A DNA stretch of 64,000 nucleotides, taken from NCBI RefSeq assembly GCF_011386835.1, contig NC_088796.1, positions 51,398,001 to 51,462,000 on the forward strand, written 5' to 3'. Below the pieces are notes generated by a model that worked only from the letters and a program-made list of their open reading frames with translations, did not search any database and was not told the DNA's origin. Numbering within the stretch: the first letter of the stretch is position 1; each line of letters opens with the position of its first letter. Positions 45,867 to 58,200 of this stretch are shown here, in pieces. A program made the position numbers and the translations under genes. The stretch comes from Chrysemys picta bellii. Its lineage: Eukaryota.

Positions 45867-48394
45867 TCAGGGTGCCTGTACATTACTCCTCTGGGTCCCT
45901 TTTGCTTCAACAACTGTATGATTTCAGTCCTTAGTAACTATATATTCCAGTTGGATTTTCCTAAAGCAACCTATATACCGATTTTTTTCGGCACAAACTG
46001 TATAGCTTAGAATTAACAGCACTTTCTGGCTATCTAATCATGCGATCACAATGTTTCACACAACATGTGTGTGAAACAAAATGTAAATGAAAATTTATAA
46101 TCTGTATGTTTAAAATAAACAGTAAAAATATTTACTTTATTATTACTTAATTCTCTATTAATCTTTGTTTCAGTTTTCACAGATGAGAGGAAGAAAAGGT
46201 TACCATTTCAGCTCTGAGCTGTCTTCAAAAAACTTTGAGTGAATGTGGTCCACAGGATGTGATAAATAAAATCCAACACAGTTAGGCCAATATAAACTTT
46301 GCAAAAATGAAACCTTTCATATTGTTGGAATCATCCCTAAAGCAGCTTTCCAAAAGTTCCAGGGAACAGTATTATATATGTCTGATTAACCCTCGAAGGG
46401 GCAGCAAGAGCTCTGTAAACTGATCACATGTATTGCTGCTAAGGTCTCTATAGTGCTCTAATTTTTATTCTGTTTTTAAATCTGTATTAGAAAGTCTTGA
46501 AAAGAACAAAAAATGCAGGATAAATGTAGATACTCTTCCCCCCCCCCGAGTTAAAAAGTTTGAGTCTGCATCCAGATCGAAACTTCCCCTATATCTACCC
46601 ATCTTAGCACACCTCATTCCTCAGAGTAGCATCTGATTGCCTCCAGAATATCTGAGCACCTGATTTTGTGAGGGGGACAAGTAGGAATGGAATTTTAATC
46701 TCTTGTGGAGAAATGAGTTGCTTTGAAGTTCAGATCTGAACTTTTCCAAAGATTGGGTATGATCAAATACAGGATTTTGGTTTGGTTTTACATCTAGTAA
46801 GTAATACACATAGAACCTAAAATGCTTCTGCAAAATAGAAAACATTATTGCACTCAGTTTCAATGAAAGTGACATATACCTTAAGGAAATCAGATGTGAG
46901 GTGCCTTACTTATTTAAAACAGCCTAGTATTTGAAATATTGAGAAATCAATTGAAGATATCAGGGAACTGAGACTCTGTCATACTAAACATGCTATACTC
47001 ATTTTATCTGAAATGATAATGGGTCACATTCATTTCTGATGGTTACTCCACTGAAGTAAACTATAGAATGAATTTGGCCCTTTCGTCCTGAAGCTGCAAA
47101 AACATTCCTTTCATTTCTTTGGCCTGGTTTTTTATCATAGGAACATTTGGAGCTTTCCATTTTCAGAAGAGTTAACTTTTTGGCAATCAGTATAGGTCTT
47201 CAGAGCCAGCCTTTATAAAAGTTCAAATTACTCAGGAGTGAAAAATAAGCAGAGTGTATAAAGGAGGATCATACTGGAGAAGGAAACTCAGCACTAAATG
47301 AATCCTACTGATGGTTCCTTCCCCAAAAGGGCTGATTCTATCACACTCCCAGACCATATGTGCTAATGTTCTAGGAACAGTGTTGAATCACCAGCATTAG
47401 CTTTAGCACCAGGACTAAACATTTTTCCTGGATTTCAATAGTCTCAGAAGATTGTTTTCTGCTGGAATAGCTGTAACCTTATATATATATATTTTTTAAT
47501 GCTAGAAAAATGTTATTCTACTGTGGTTGAAAAATAGTGTAATTAAAATCATTGTTCCAAAGCCTTCATAGGAAAATAAGAACATACACTACTTCTGACT
47601 ATAGGTGGGAACAGATATCAGAAACTCTCCCACTTAGCTAATGTTAACATATGTTTAGTTTTCTGTGTACTACTCTTTTAGAAGCAGTTTGGCTAGTGGG
47701 TTAAAGCTTCCTTCTTTCTTTGTGGTTAAGAGCGTGGGAGGGGAGGCTTTAATTTAACAATTATGTATCCTTTCCCAAAGGGCATTTTGCTGAGTTTTGA
47801 AGTTTTCCCCCACTTGGTAATTTAGTGACTGAACTGACATCATTGTTGGTTTATTGGCCTGAAGCAAAAGACATCAATAAGAGAATGAGTTATCTTCTCT
47901 ACATTTGCAATTTTCTTTCCATCCATGCAAATGGTGGATGGACTATAGTGCATGGTTCTGTTTAAAACTAAGCCTGTGGTTTAATATCACCGTGTGGGAA
48001 TATGATCTGTTGTATGCGATATGTTGCACAATATATTGAACATACAACTCCATTGCTTTGTTTTTGGAGATGTTAAAACTGGGCAGGCAATTTTAAAAAA
48101 TATGAACGAATTACCAGTATTCATCGAGCAGAGTATCTTTCAACAATGTTTTAGAGGGATTGATCTGAACACATTGCATATTTTTGTACTTCATGACAGT
48201 CATAACATGAGCTACATTACTTAAAAAACTAGTAATAAACCAGGGAGATGAGCAATAAAAGTCTACCAAGTTTGGGATTATTGCATAGAAAAGGTCAGCT
48301 AGGTATCTCTCTTCCAGGCACACAACTAATGATTAAACTGCTGATCATCATGGCAACTACAACTCACACCTGTTTGCCAACATAGAATTTACTG

Positions 48395-48477
48395 GGCAAG
48401 GTTCTGTGGCCCATGTTATGCAATAGGTCAGATTAGATCATCATAATGGGCCCTTCTGGCTTTATAATCTATAAAAC
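48395..48477 (+). mobile_element. CR1 extreme 3' end
   Basis: TCTGTGGCCCATGTTATGCAATAGGTCAGATTAGATCATCATAATGGGCCCTTCTGGC...AATCTAT. Confidence 0.7.
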
Positions 48478-48652
48478 ATCTCTTTGAAAACACAGGTATC
48501 CAACACAATCTATTTCAGTGCCTACCAGTAAGGTCCATCAATCATTGCCTCTTGGTTGCCACCTCTTCCTTGTACAAATCCTATCAAATTGTTCCTCTGC
48601 CTTTCCAAGAAATCATATGACTTTTACAAAGAAAATGGTCAAATGAATCTAT

Positions 48653-48848
48653 GAGTATATCTACACAGCAGCAGAGAGGGTGACTGCCAGCATAGACAGA
48701 TACATGGGTACGTACTCGGGTGGCTAGCCTGAGCTGCCACCTGTTCCACTGTGGCCACACTGCTATTTTTAGCATCAAGCTCAAGCAGAGTTAGTGTGTG
48801 TCTATCCACGCTGAAAAGCACCCTCCCAGTTGCTGTGGGGACATATCC
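48653..48848. mobile_element. Degenerate Harbinger-type MITE
   Basis: GAGTATATCTACACAGCAGC / TTGCTGTGGGGACATATCC termini. Contains CACACTGCTATTTTTAGC as in the 53116 family. Confidence 0.6.
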
Positions 48849-50059
48849 TTCCAACAAATTCACAAAGGATCTCCAGTGTGAAAATAGTGGAACAAGCACA
48901 GCCAATCCCCAAAATCTTTTGTCTCTCCTCAGCTCTATTTTGGAGAACACTTTAACTTTTGTAACATGGAAGAAAAAGCTTCTAAGACCTCAGCGAACAC
49001 TGTCTCATATTTATGAGACTCAGAAGATGAGGATGAAGATGTGTCTGAAACGTTCTGCTCCTCTTATGTCTGAACAGAATATGTGAAGAGCAAACAGCAA
49101 TCAAGAGAATTACAAGGAGGATAAAGACAACAGAAATATCTCACAAAAAGAGCTGAACAAATCCTCTAGTAAAAAAATTCATAACTTTTTCTCAGCTGTG
49201 ACTCATGTTCACAGTGTGGTCATGTACTGAAATACAAGCTGTTGTGTATTGCAATCCTGCTAAGTTGGGAACCACAATACTGCAGATCCAAAAAATATTC
49301 TTCAGACTTATTACTCGTTATTATTGTTACTGCAAAAAAAAAAATCTGCAAAAGTAGAAAAGAACAGTACACACATTGAGGGCCAAATTTTGCCCTGGAT
49401 GGGAACATGGGATTCACATTAAAGAATAGTGGAATCAAATATGTAACATCTGAGGGAATAATTTGGTCCCCAAAGAGAAAGAGGTTGTTCCTTATATTGA
49501 ATATATCCCTTTGGCATAAATATGACGTGAAATAGACCACAGCCAGGAATACAAAAATTTGCTTGGCCAACACGTGTGTGCAAGATGTAGGAGGGTTATT
49601 GGTAACTGCTCTGCCTCACACCAACAGGAGCCAAGATACAAAAATGTAAATTATAAGAAATTTTATAAGCAGGCCCAAATTGCTTTCAACACAAATAGAA
49701 AGCAAAGTAATATTACATATTTTAATGAGGGTAGCTCTTGATTCTCAGAATTTATGCAATACTGAAGACACTGGATCAGACTTTGCCCTCAGTTACACTG
49801 GTGTAAAGCTGGAGTAGCTCCATTGATTTTGGCAGACTGTTGGGGAATTTACAAGTCAAACGGAACATTCAGCCTTGCATTGTTTATTGTCTTGTAATCC
49901 CAATTATGCATGAGGATGTCAAAGTTGATATCTTGGCAATTTTGAAGCAGGTTGGAAGAGAATAATTTTATTACAAACAAAAGGACCAGACCAGCGCAGG
50001 TCAGAAAAAAAAATCAATATTTCCAAAGTCTCATTGGCTCTCTGGCTGATAAAAATCAA

Positions 50060-50200
50060 GCACAGTAGTTTGGAGTAACTACAACAATGCATGGATGACT
50101 GAGCTGAACTGGGTTGGATTTTGGTGAAGGCATGGCCAAGATGAGGGCATATTTTGACAATGGTCTGGAGATGGTGAAAGGTAAATTTACAGATGAGGAA
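50060..50200 (-). mobile_element. Highly decayed L2/CR1-clade RT C-terminal fragment
   Basis: The minus strand gives FHHLQTIVKICPHL...VIHAL..(frameshift)..YC, resembling the L2 motif FHLRNIxKIRPxL...HAxVxSRLDYCN. Confidence 0.4.
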
Positions 50201-51777
50201 GGTTCAAGGAATTTAGGAAAAAGAGAACATTTCAGGAACAAGGATGACTGAAAAAATCTGTTCCTGGGATTAAAGTAATGGTCTCATATAAGGAGGGTGT
50301 GACATTCTAATCAAGAGATGTGGGATAAAGTAAATGACAACTACAGCAGAGACATTTCTTCTTTAAACCATTTGATATTGGAGACTCATAAAATAGTCAG
50401 GAGCCCACAGAGTCAAGAGAGAGAAACAGATGGGTGTAAAAAGATCAGAGTCTGAGCTGAGAGAGAAAGAAAACATGTATCTGGACATTTTTAATAATGA
50501 AAGAATTGTTGGACTGTGACAGCATAAAAAGGGATGTGGTGCAAACTACTGTTCTTGCAATAAGTTGGTTTCATTGTACTTCAGAAATTAAGTAGATTTT
50601 TTATATTTTAAATTATATATTTTTTCTTTTAAACAGAGGTTATTTCATTGTATGGGAGCAATTGTGCTACTGAAATGTGTTACCAAAAAACCAAAGAATT
50701 TGAAATTCCATATGGAAAGTAAATCAAGGAGAGCCTTTTTGAAATAGAAACATGGGATTGTAGGAATATTTAAAAGAAAGGAATTGTATCAAGGCTAGGC
50801 CTTATGGGCCTGGGAACTTTTACCACATTAACCTGAGAAATTCATTTACAGGCTGCATTGTGATTATGTTTCTGTTGAGCTTTTTCTGGTATTGCTGAAT
50901 TTTAACCACACCTTTTCTTTAAACATTTCTGACCAAATTGTTTTCCTCCTGCTTAACTTCAATCCACAATATCCTGTTTTAAAATTAACTAAGATTCCAA
51001 ACAGCTGATTGGCAACAGTCTCCTCCTTTCCTTCCAGGATCATATAGGCCTCTAAGATATTCTTCCAATGTCATTTTTTCTAAGATATAGTGTATATGCC
51101 AAGTCCAGTTTATGATTTCAAAAAACATAGACATCTTCCCTATATTTTTATAGTTGCCTTTGCAATATCCTTGTTAAATGCGTGACCGCCATCTCATGCA
51201 ATATTCCAAATTACTATTCACCTGTGCTTTACCGAGTGCCAGACTAATTTCCCATATGCGCACACCACATGTAGACTGTATGCACCGTTGGCTGAAAAAC
51301 AGTTTCCTTTCATATAATAATCACCATGAATTTGTGGTCCTTTCCATGTGTCCTAGCTGTACTCTTTGGCACATTGTGTTTATTATAGGGGCTTCCTTGG
51401 CCAGTACTTTAATCCTCTCAAACCATTTTGGATTTCCAAAATCGGCTCCACCCTGTATGTTTGCAGCTCATTTTCCCCAGTGTTTGAGTCATCAGAAAAT
51501 ATAACCACCTGTGAATTTATACCTCTCCTAGGTCATGCAAGGTGAAAAATATTGGGGGTATAGTATTGTACTACCTTACTTCTCAATTTATTTATCAGCG
51601 ATTAAGGGTCTAATCCCGTGAGGTGCCTTGAAGTGCTAAGTGTCCCTCATTTGGGGAGATTTAAGAGCACTCAGGGTCAAATTGTCAATGGGGGTGCTGA
51701 AAGTGAGGCACTTAGGAACATAGAATTGCCATACAAGAGCAGACCCAATGATTCTTATAATTCAGTATCCCCTTTTA

Positions 51778-52023
51778 GGGCATGGCTACACTAGAGAGTT
51801 TACTGATGCAACTGTGCCGTTGTAAGCTCTCTAATGTAGACACTCTAAGCAGATGGGAGAGAGCTTTCCCATTGGCTTAACTACTCCAGCCCCCGTGAGT
51901 GGCAGAAGCTATGTCGGTGGGACTGGCGCTTATGTCGGTGTAACTTATGTCGCTCAGGGGGGTGATTTATTCCTCCCCACCGAGTTACGTAAATTATGCC
52001 AACATAAGCTTATAAACATAGCC
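51778..52023. mobile_element. PIF/Harbinger-type MITE
   Basis: GGGCATGGCTACACT / TAAACATAGCC termini with TTA on both sides (51775-51777 and 52024-52026). Confidence 0.75.
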
Positions 52024-52026
52024 TTA

Positions 52027-52157
52027 GACCCTAATTCAGGGAAATAGCACTAACTAGGAAAGCCCTTAAGGACACGCACTTCATACAATCAATTGGATTT
52101 AAGCACATTCTTAAAGTTAAGCACATGCGTTCCTAACGTGCTTTCCTAAATTGGGCC
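52027..52157. mobile_element. Short palindromic MITE
   Basis: GACCCTAATTCAGGGAAA / TTTCCTAAATTGGGCC termini with internal TTAAGCACAT repeats. Confidence 0.55.
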
Positions 52158-52210
52158 TCTGACAATGGCAGATACCAGATACTTCAAAGGACCATGCAAG
52201 AAACAACATA

Positions 52211-52409
52211 GGAGGGTGGTGAAGCACTGGAATGCGTTACCTAGGGAAGTGGTGGAATCTCCTTCCTTAGAGGTTTTTAAGGGCAGGCTTGACAAAGCCC
52301 TGGCTGTGATGATTTAGTTGGGAATTGGTCCTGCTTTGAGCAGGGGGTTGGACTAGATGACCTCCTGAGGTCCCTTCCAACCCTGATATTCTATGATTCT
52401 ATGATTCTA
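52211..52409 (+). mobile_element. 5'-truncated CR1 (PsCR1-like) 3' end
   Basis: Encodes [30 protein letters not shown]; 3' UTR ends in (ATTCTATG)2ATTCTA. Confidence 0.92.
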
Positions 52410-52593
52410 AACCTCACAGTGGACAATTTTGTAATAATCTCCCCTTTGGGGAAGTTTCTTCCAACTTCAAATACTTAGTAGTTTGTTTATGCCTGAGGCA
52501 TGAGACTTTATACCACTTATGAAAATTGATCCTATCTTGTGTAATCAGAACATCCACACTTACATATCTTTTTTGAATGCTTCTCAGCTTGGA

Positions 52594-52811
52594 GCCCTGG
52601 TCTACACTACAAAGTTAGTCAGGGGTATAGAAAACCACACCTGAATGATGCAGTTATAATGACTGAACTCCTGGTGTAGACAGCACTATGTTGATGGGAG
52701 AGGGAGGTGGAGTACCTATGCTGACAGGAGAATCTTTCCCATCAGCCTAGGTAGCATCTTCAATAAGTGTGACAGCATCGCAGCTGCACCGCTGGAAGTG
52801 TAGACAAGCCC
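52594..52811. mobile_element. PIF/Harbinger-type MITE
   Basis: GCCCTGGTCTACAC / GTGTAGACAAGCCC termini with TTA on the right flank. Confidence 0.7.
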
Positions 52812-53098
52812 TTAGTCTGTTATAACTTTTAGCAATGAAATTCACAAGTTAATAAGAAATACTTTTTAAACTATGCATTATCAGTTAATAACTGAATGCT
52901 TTTCAGATGCATTGGCTAGCCTCTTATTCTGGTATGATAATCTTTATTCTAGAAATCTTAAGTCTGTTGTTACAATTTAAGCACCTAAAAACCTGTCTTT
53001 GGTAAACAATTACTTGTTTTGGGGGCATTTATATTCACATTTAGGTGCTCCAATGTGAAGCTAGGTGACCAGTTTTAGGCACCCAAGTTTGAAATGTG

Positions 53099-53497
53099 TA
53101 TCCCTGCACCTCATAGGGTATGTCTACAATGCTAAACAAACATCCCCCTCTCTCCCACAAAAATCCCAACAAACAAAAAACAATGAACCCATGGCAGCAA
53201 ATCTCAGAGTTTGGTTCAACTGACTTGGTCTCATGCTACAGGGCTAAAAATAGCAGTGTAGATATTCCCGCTTGGGCTGGAGCCTGTGAGGGGGCAGAGT
53301 TTCAGAGCCCAGGCTCCAGCCCAAGTGGGAACATCTACACTGCTATTTTTAGCCCTGTAGCATGAGACCAAGTCAGTTGAACCAAACTCTGAGATTTGCT
53401 GCCATGGGTTCATTGTTTTTTGTTTGTTGGGATTTTTGTGGGAGAGAGGGGGATGTTTGTTTAGCATTGTAGACATACCCTATGAGGTGCAGGGATA
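53099..53497. repeat. Long inverted repeat: 165-bp perfect arms, 188-bp stem in total, 23-nt loop
   Basis: 53099-53263 is the exact reverse complement of 53333-53497 (checked base by base). The stem continues to 53286/53310 with two mismatches. It explains the twin 81-aa ORFs on opposite strands. Confidence 0.98.
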
Positions 53498-53608
53498 TCT
53501 ATACTGATATTTTTAGCCCTGCAGCTCAAGCCCAAGTCAGTTGACTCCGGGTCTGAGACTTGCTGCCGCAGGGTTTTTCTTTTTTTTATTTGCAGTGTAG
53601 ACATACCC
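53116..53608. mobile_element. PIF/Harbinger-type quasi-palindromic MITE containing the inverted duplication
   Basis: TIRs GGGTATGTCTACA / TGTAGACATACCC, flanks ATA/TTA. The original diverged right arm is retained at 53497-53608. Confidence 0.85.
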
Positions 53609-55195
53609 TTAGAATGCTCCCTGCACCTAGCAGTCCAGAATCACCACCCTGCTTGGCCCTGCACTGCACAATACTGACGCCAATGTTACATATTTATTAA
53701 AATTTGAACATCGGTGAGTCACAAAAATAAATACTTAGACTTTGTTAAACAGTCATTAAAAGTTAATCAGTATGAACATTAATATTTTTCTTGAGTTACT
53801 CAATATTTAGACTTGAATTCATGACAATGTCAATTAAATATAAAGACTATGCTTAGTTTTCACATTACTGAAATAGTTCTAGCTCCTGGCAGAGAGCTGG
53901 TAAGGGCATAAGACCTTGATATGGCTAAACCGAGACCCAGGCAAAAGAAGGGGGTGATTTATTGGCTTTGGTCCCAATCCTTCCCCAATTGATGTCAATG
54001 GCAAATCTCCTACTAACTTCAATGGAAGTTCAGACTTACATTTAAGTTGAAGAAGGCTGGCTCCATGAAGACAGAGCCCAATGAAGCCAGGACTGGGTTT
54101 TAATGGCTATCAGTGAGTTAAACTGCCACAGTGATAGCACTCTTTTATGCAGCAAATAACACATCTTGCCAGATTCTGAATAAGAGGCTGTGGTAGGTAA
54201 CCACATAGGAATTCCATCCTGACTATGTAAATGGAATTGAGGATGAAAGAAAAGAGAAAAGAAAAGAGCTAATTACAAGACAACTCATATTTTCATTTGG
54301 TTTCAGTTTAGCAAGACGAACTTACTTCTGATGTGACCTTTACAGTGGTGAAATTCTGCTTCCTACATGTCTTTCCATGTCATACTGTCCATCTGTCCTG
54401 TATTAGCAAGAACACCATATAGTCCCAGTAGCTTGCTCAGGAAAGGTTTCAACATAGAGTGGAGATTTCAACAACAGATATATATACACACATACATATA
54501 TAAATCCTTCTCCCTGCATAAACCATCTGCCAATTCTTATAAGTATCATATTTCTAGCTTTGCTTTATGAATGGAAATAAGAGAATTTGATTTAAATTGG
54601 GACATGACCTACTCTAATAAAGTATCCCCTTACTATCAGAAACTAGATAGTTCCTGCTTCAAATTGGGGTTGTGAAGATTATTTAATTGAAGTTTGCAAA
54701 GCACTTCAAGACCCTTGGAGGAAAGAGTGTTAGAAATATAGAAAAGCAAAGTACTTACTGTGAGCTTATGCCACTGTCTGTGAAATAACCAAGGTGATAC
54801 AGAAGTGTAACATGACTAAATAAGGGTGTGTTCATTTAATAGAGTGATATGTATCAGCACTATCTTTAATGACTCCATTTGCTCTGAGTGTCAATCTTTG
54901 GAATAGAATGGTGGTCTAGAATATCCATAAGTGAAAACTAAATCATCAAAACATACAGTGGAGCATTTAAGAAACTGCAGGAGGTGAGACGTTTCTCTCA
55001 AAAGTAGATAATTTTGGCTAAGATATTGTTATGTACTGGTGTGGCAGCATGAGATATACAAATGCTGCTTGAAATAAAAAGAGACAGACATTACTAAAAC
55101 AGGCAAAAAGAGACTGAAGAATCAGGATATGATTATATCTATATGGATTGGAACTAATTGACAACTGAAACCACTTTCTGAAATCCAAACCGGCC

Positions 55196-55215
55196 TTTTT
55201 TTTTTTTTTTTTTTT
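55196..55215. repeat. T20 homopolymer
   Basis: Read directly. Confidence 0.9.
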
Positions 55216-58200
55216 GAGGTTCAGAAATGTTTGGTTTATTTTTCATTTTCATGCACCTACCAGCAATGGAAATGGAAATGGCAAAATACTGCTGGAAGGA
55301 AGCCATTCTAAAGAGAATTCCAACCCAACCAGACTCAAAGTATAGTTTTTTACATAATTGTATGTGAAAAACGGTTCTTGCGAGATTTCCTTCTCAGTTT
55401 TGTAGAACCAAGAGATACAGATAGCTCAGATAAGGTTTGGATAAGCATCCAAACTTTGGGGTTCTTACCTGAACTGATTCTTTGAACTTTCTGTGGTTTG
55501 CTCATTACTAGTGGTATACTCTTCCCTTTACATACATGCACTATTTCAGTTTAATGTTAAGGGGAGTTGTAGGCTAGTACTCAGAGGATGCCGGTAAATA
55601 TTTACCTTCATTTCTTTATATGTGGTCATAATCTTTTTTCCAGAAACTTCATTTACTGAGGTAGAAAACTGTTCTATTCAACTTTAGGTTTACCACCACT
55701 CTAGATGAAGAATTTTGGCAATCCACCTGTCAGCAAAGCAAGTCCCTCTTCCATTCTAACTGGTGAAACTTTCTTCAGAGTCATGGTGCCTTGCTGAAAT
55801 GTGATGCCATAGAGAGTCACCTTTCCAGTGTATGCCTAACAAGGTCCTTGGTAGCCACTGGGAGATGAGCATCAATAAAGGTGCTAAAAGGATTAAGTCT
55901 GAGGGAGCTGCATGCATATCCAAGGGCAAAGTTTGGCCCTGGTGTTCTGATTATTTTTTTTTACCAGAAATATGCAGGAATGATGCTGCCAAGTAACCTT
56001 TGCCCTATCATGGCTTTGAAGAGCTGCAAAACTGTGTTCTCCCTGTTTCACTGGCTAGTACCTTATTGTGAAAAGTTCACTTTTGTGTTGCCTAAGATTT
56101 GCAGTTACCTCCTGTAAGGATCTTTTATCTAATTTTCAAGATACCTATGCACATGAAATGAAAGTATTTCATACAAGGTTTCATGCAGATGGAAATCAAC
56201 TTGGGACTCTCAGTAACAGATTCTAGAATCACTAGATGTGCTGCTAATCCTGGGAAAGCACTTACAGCTTTAAATTGAGAGAATTCACTTTTTAGTTTGG
56301 AGAAAAATGACCTCTCTTTCCACTTCTCTTGCTTCCTCTTTCACCCTGATTTTACCGTCTTGTAACTTTACTTCAGTGGAGTTACTCCAGTTTCCATGTG
56401 TCTAAGGAAAAGGAGAATCAGTCTCAACATCTCAGTTAAAAATATGAAAAGCAAATTTATGTCAGTGTTTCCACTTAGAAAAGCCTGAGAGATATGGACT
56501 TGACTGAGCGATTGACCTTGCTGAAGAGAGGATGAGACCCCAGCATTAAGTCTGGGCTTAGGCTTTGGCTGAGGCTCTCTTTTGGGCTCTTGCAGGCTGG
56601 ACCATTGACAGCAGGGGCAAAAAGAAAAGATAGGTTAGAAGAAAGAGGAACCAACTGTCCCAAATTGCTGTTTCCCAAGGAAAGGCAAACGGGATGGTTG
56701 GTTCCCCTTCCTCCTAATCTGTTAAGTGTTTTTTCCTCCCCTCCTCAAGCAATACTCAGCAGTCTAGTCTGCATTGCAGGGCAGGTTCATTGTTTCAGTG
56801 GCTTGAATGGGAGTCAACCATTCAGGAACAGGGAGAGGAAAAGGCCCTCAAGAACGTAGGAGAAAAGTGTTCTGCCCTAACTTCCTACTAGTTTCTTAAA
56901 TTCTTGAGGGTTTTCCCTCTTCCCCACTTCTCAATGGTTTCATCCCCACCACAGGGCAGACAGAATCTATCTCCCCAGCTTGCCCATGAGGAACTGCTTC
57001 TGTGGGCAGACAGATTATAAAATGACAGTTACTGCACAGAGAGTAAAATGGCAAGCTAGAGAAAAGTAGATGCAAACCAGGGAATATTTCTGCCAAATGT
57101 TTGCAGCATATAAATGGAACGTGACATGTCTAGTGATGTTATGCTTTTCACTGTGTACAACATTTTAGTTGACGATAAAATAATATCACCATGTAGAAGC
57201 CTCATTTCAGACAGAGGAGGAGAGAAAGCTTTATTCTGCTACACCCTGCTCATGAGAAAAATAGATGATTGTGCAGGAATTGTTTAATGTAAAAACAATG
57301 CAGTAAGGAACAAGATAAATAGTCCATTTTAATTTGGTGGAAGTGTTCATATCTGTACCAACCACTCCACTGGAAAACCCTATTCTATCTTCCTACCTAA
57401 AAGTAAACCTGAAATCTACTTGCTTACTGTAGAAGTTCAAGAATGTTTGTTGTTATACCCTAGTCAACCACTGATTCTTGGAATTTTCCAGAGTCAGATT
57501 ATAACAAGTTTAAAAGTGAGTGAAAATTCTTTGCATCTTTCTTCAGGTATTCAATGAAACATTTTCTAGATCTTTATATGATGTTGTTTGGTTCATATGT
57601 CCACTAAAATATAGATTTATGGAATTTGATGGTGCTGTTTTGAATAAATAAAACTTTAGGCCCAAATTTTGCTCTCAAATACTCCTGTGCAACTCCCCAT
57701 GGCTCTTACTGGTGTCCCAAAGGAGAAAAATATTGCCTTTTCAAACAGACTTGCTTGTTCTTAAAATCAAAGTTAATCTGTTTAGAACTAGTGCATCAAA
57801 GGATGTAAATGAAAGCACTTCTCTATGCCTTTGTTTAGCAGTTCAGCCTTTTGGAAATCTTTGCAATCTCATTTGTTTCAAGGTAGGGTGATGAAAAGCA
57901 GAAGTGCACTAGAAGCAGTGAAAAAGATCTGCTGACCTGGAACCAATCAAATTTTCAGAAGTATTTAGACAGAGAACTTCATAGGTCAGGAGTACTACTT
58001 AAAAAAAACATCAATTAAAGTGTCAGGAAACATCAATTTATCAAATGACAAGCTCTGCATAGAGCACCTGTCATTTATGAATGCTTAAGCATTCATAAAT
58101 GTGAAGCATTTTACTCCAAACCAAGGTCTAATGGCTTTTTAAAATTCATACATTTCAGTAACAAACCTTTGTGTGTGACTGATCAATTTATGCTGTTGAA

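Larger units (their letters stand above)
51717..52900 (-). mobile_element. Old CR1 3' region hosting four insertions
   Basis: AACATAGAATTGCCATAC terminus. The host reads through as CAGTATCC|TCTGACAATGGCAGATACCAGATACTTCA...GCAAGAAAC|CACAGTGGACAAT...GGGGAAGTTTCTTCC. Confidence 0.6.

Noticed and set aside
53120-53476. Twin 81-aa ORFs on opposite strands with identical N-termini, suggesting a sense/antisense gene pair
   Set aside because: They are a direct consequence of the DNA palindrome inside a MITE; there is no coding signal.
55455-55650. Two minus-strand exon-like pieces (NEVSGKKIMTTYKEMK; HVCKGKSIPLVMSKPQKVQRISS)
   Set aside because: Phases are incompatible for direct splicing, the intervening intron would be very short, and the peptides are not recognised.
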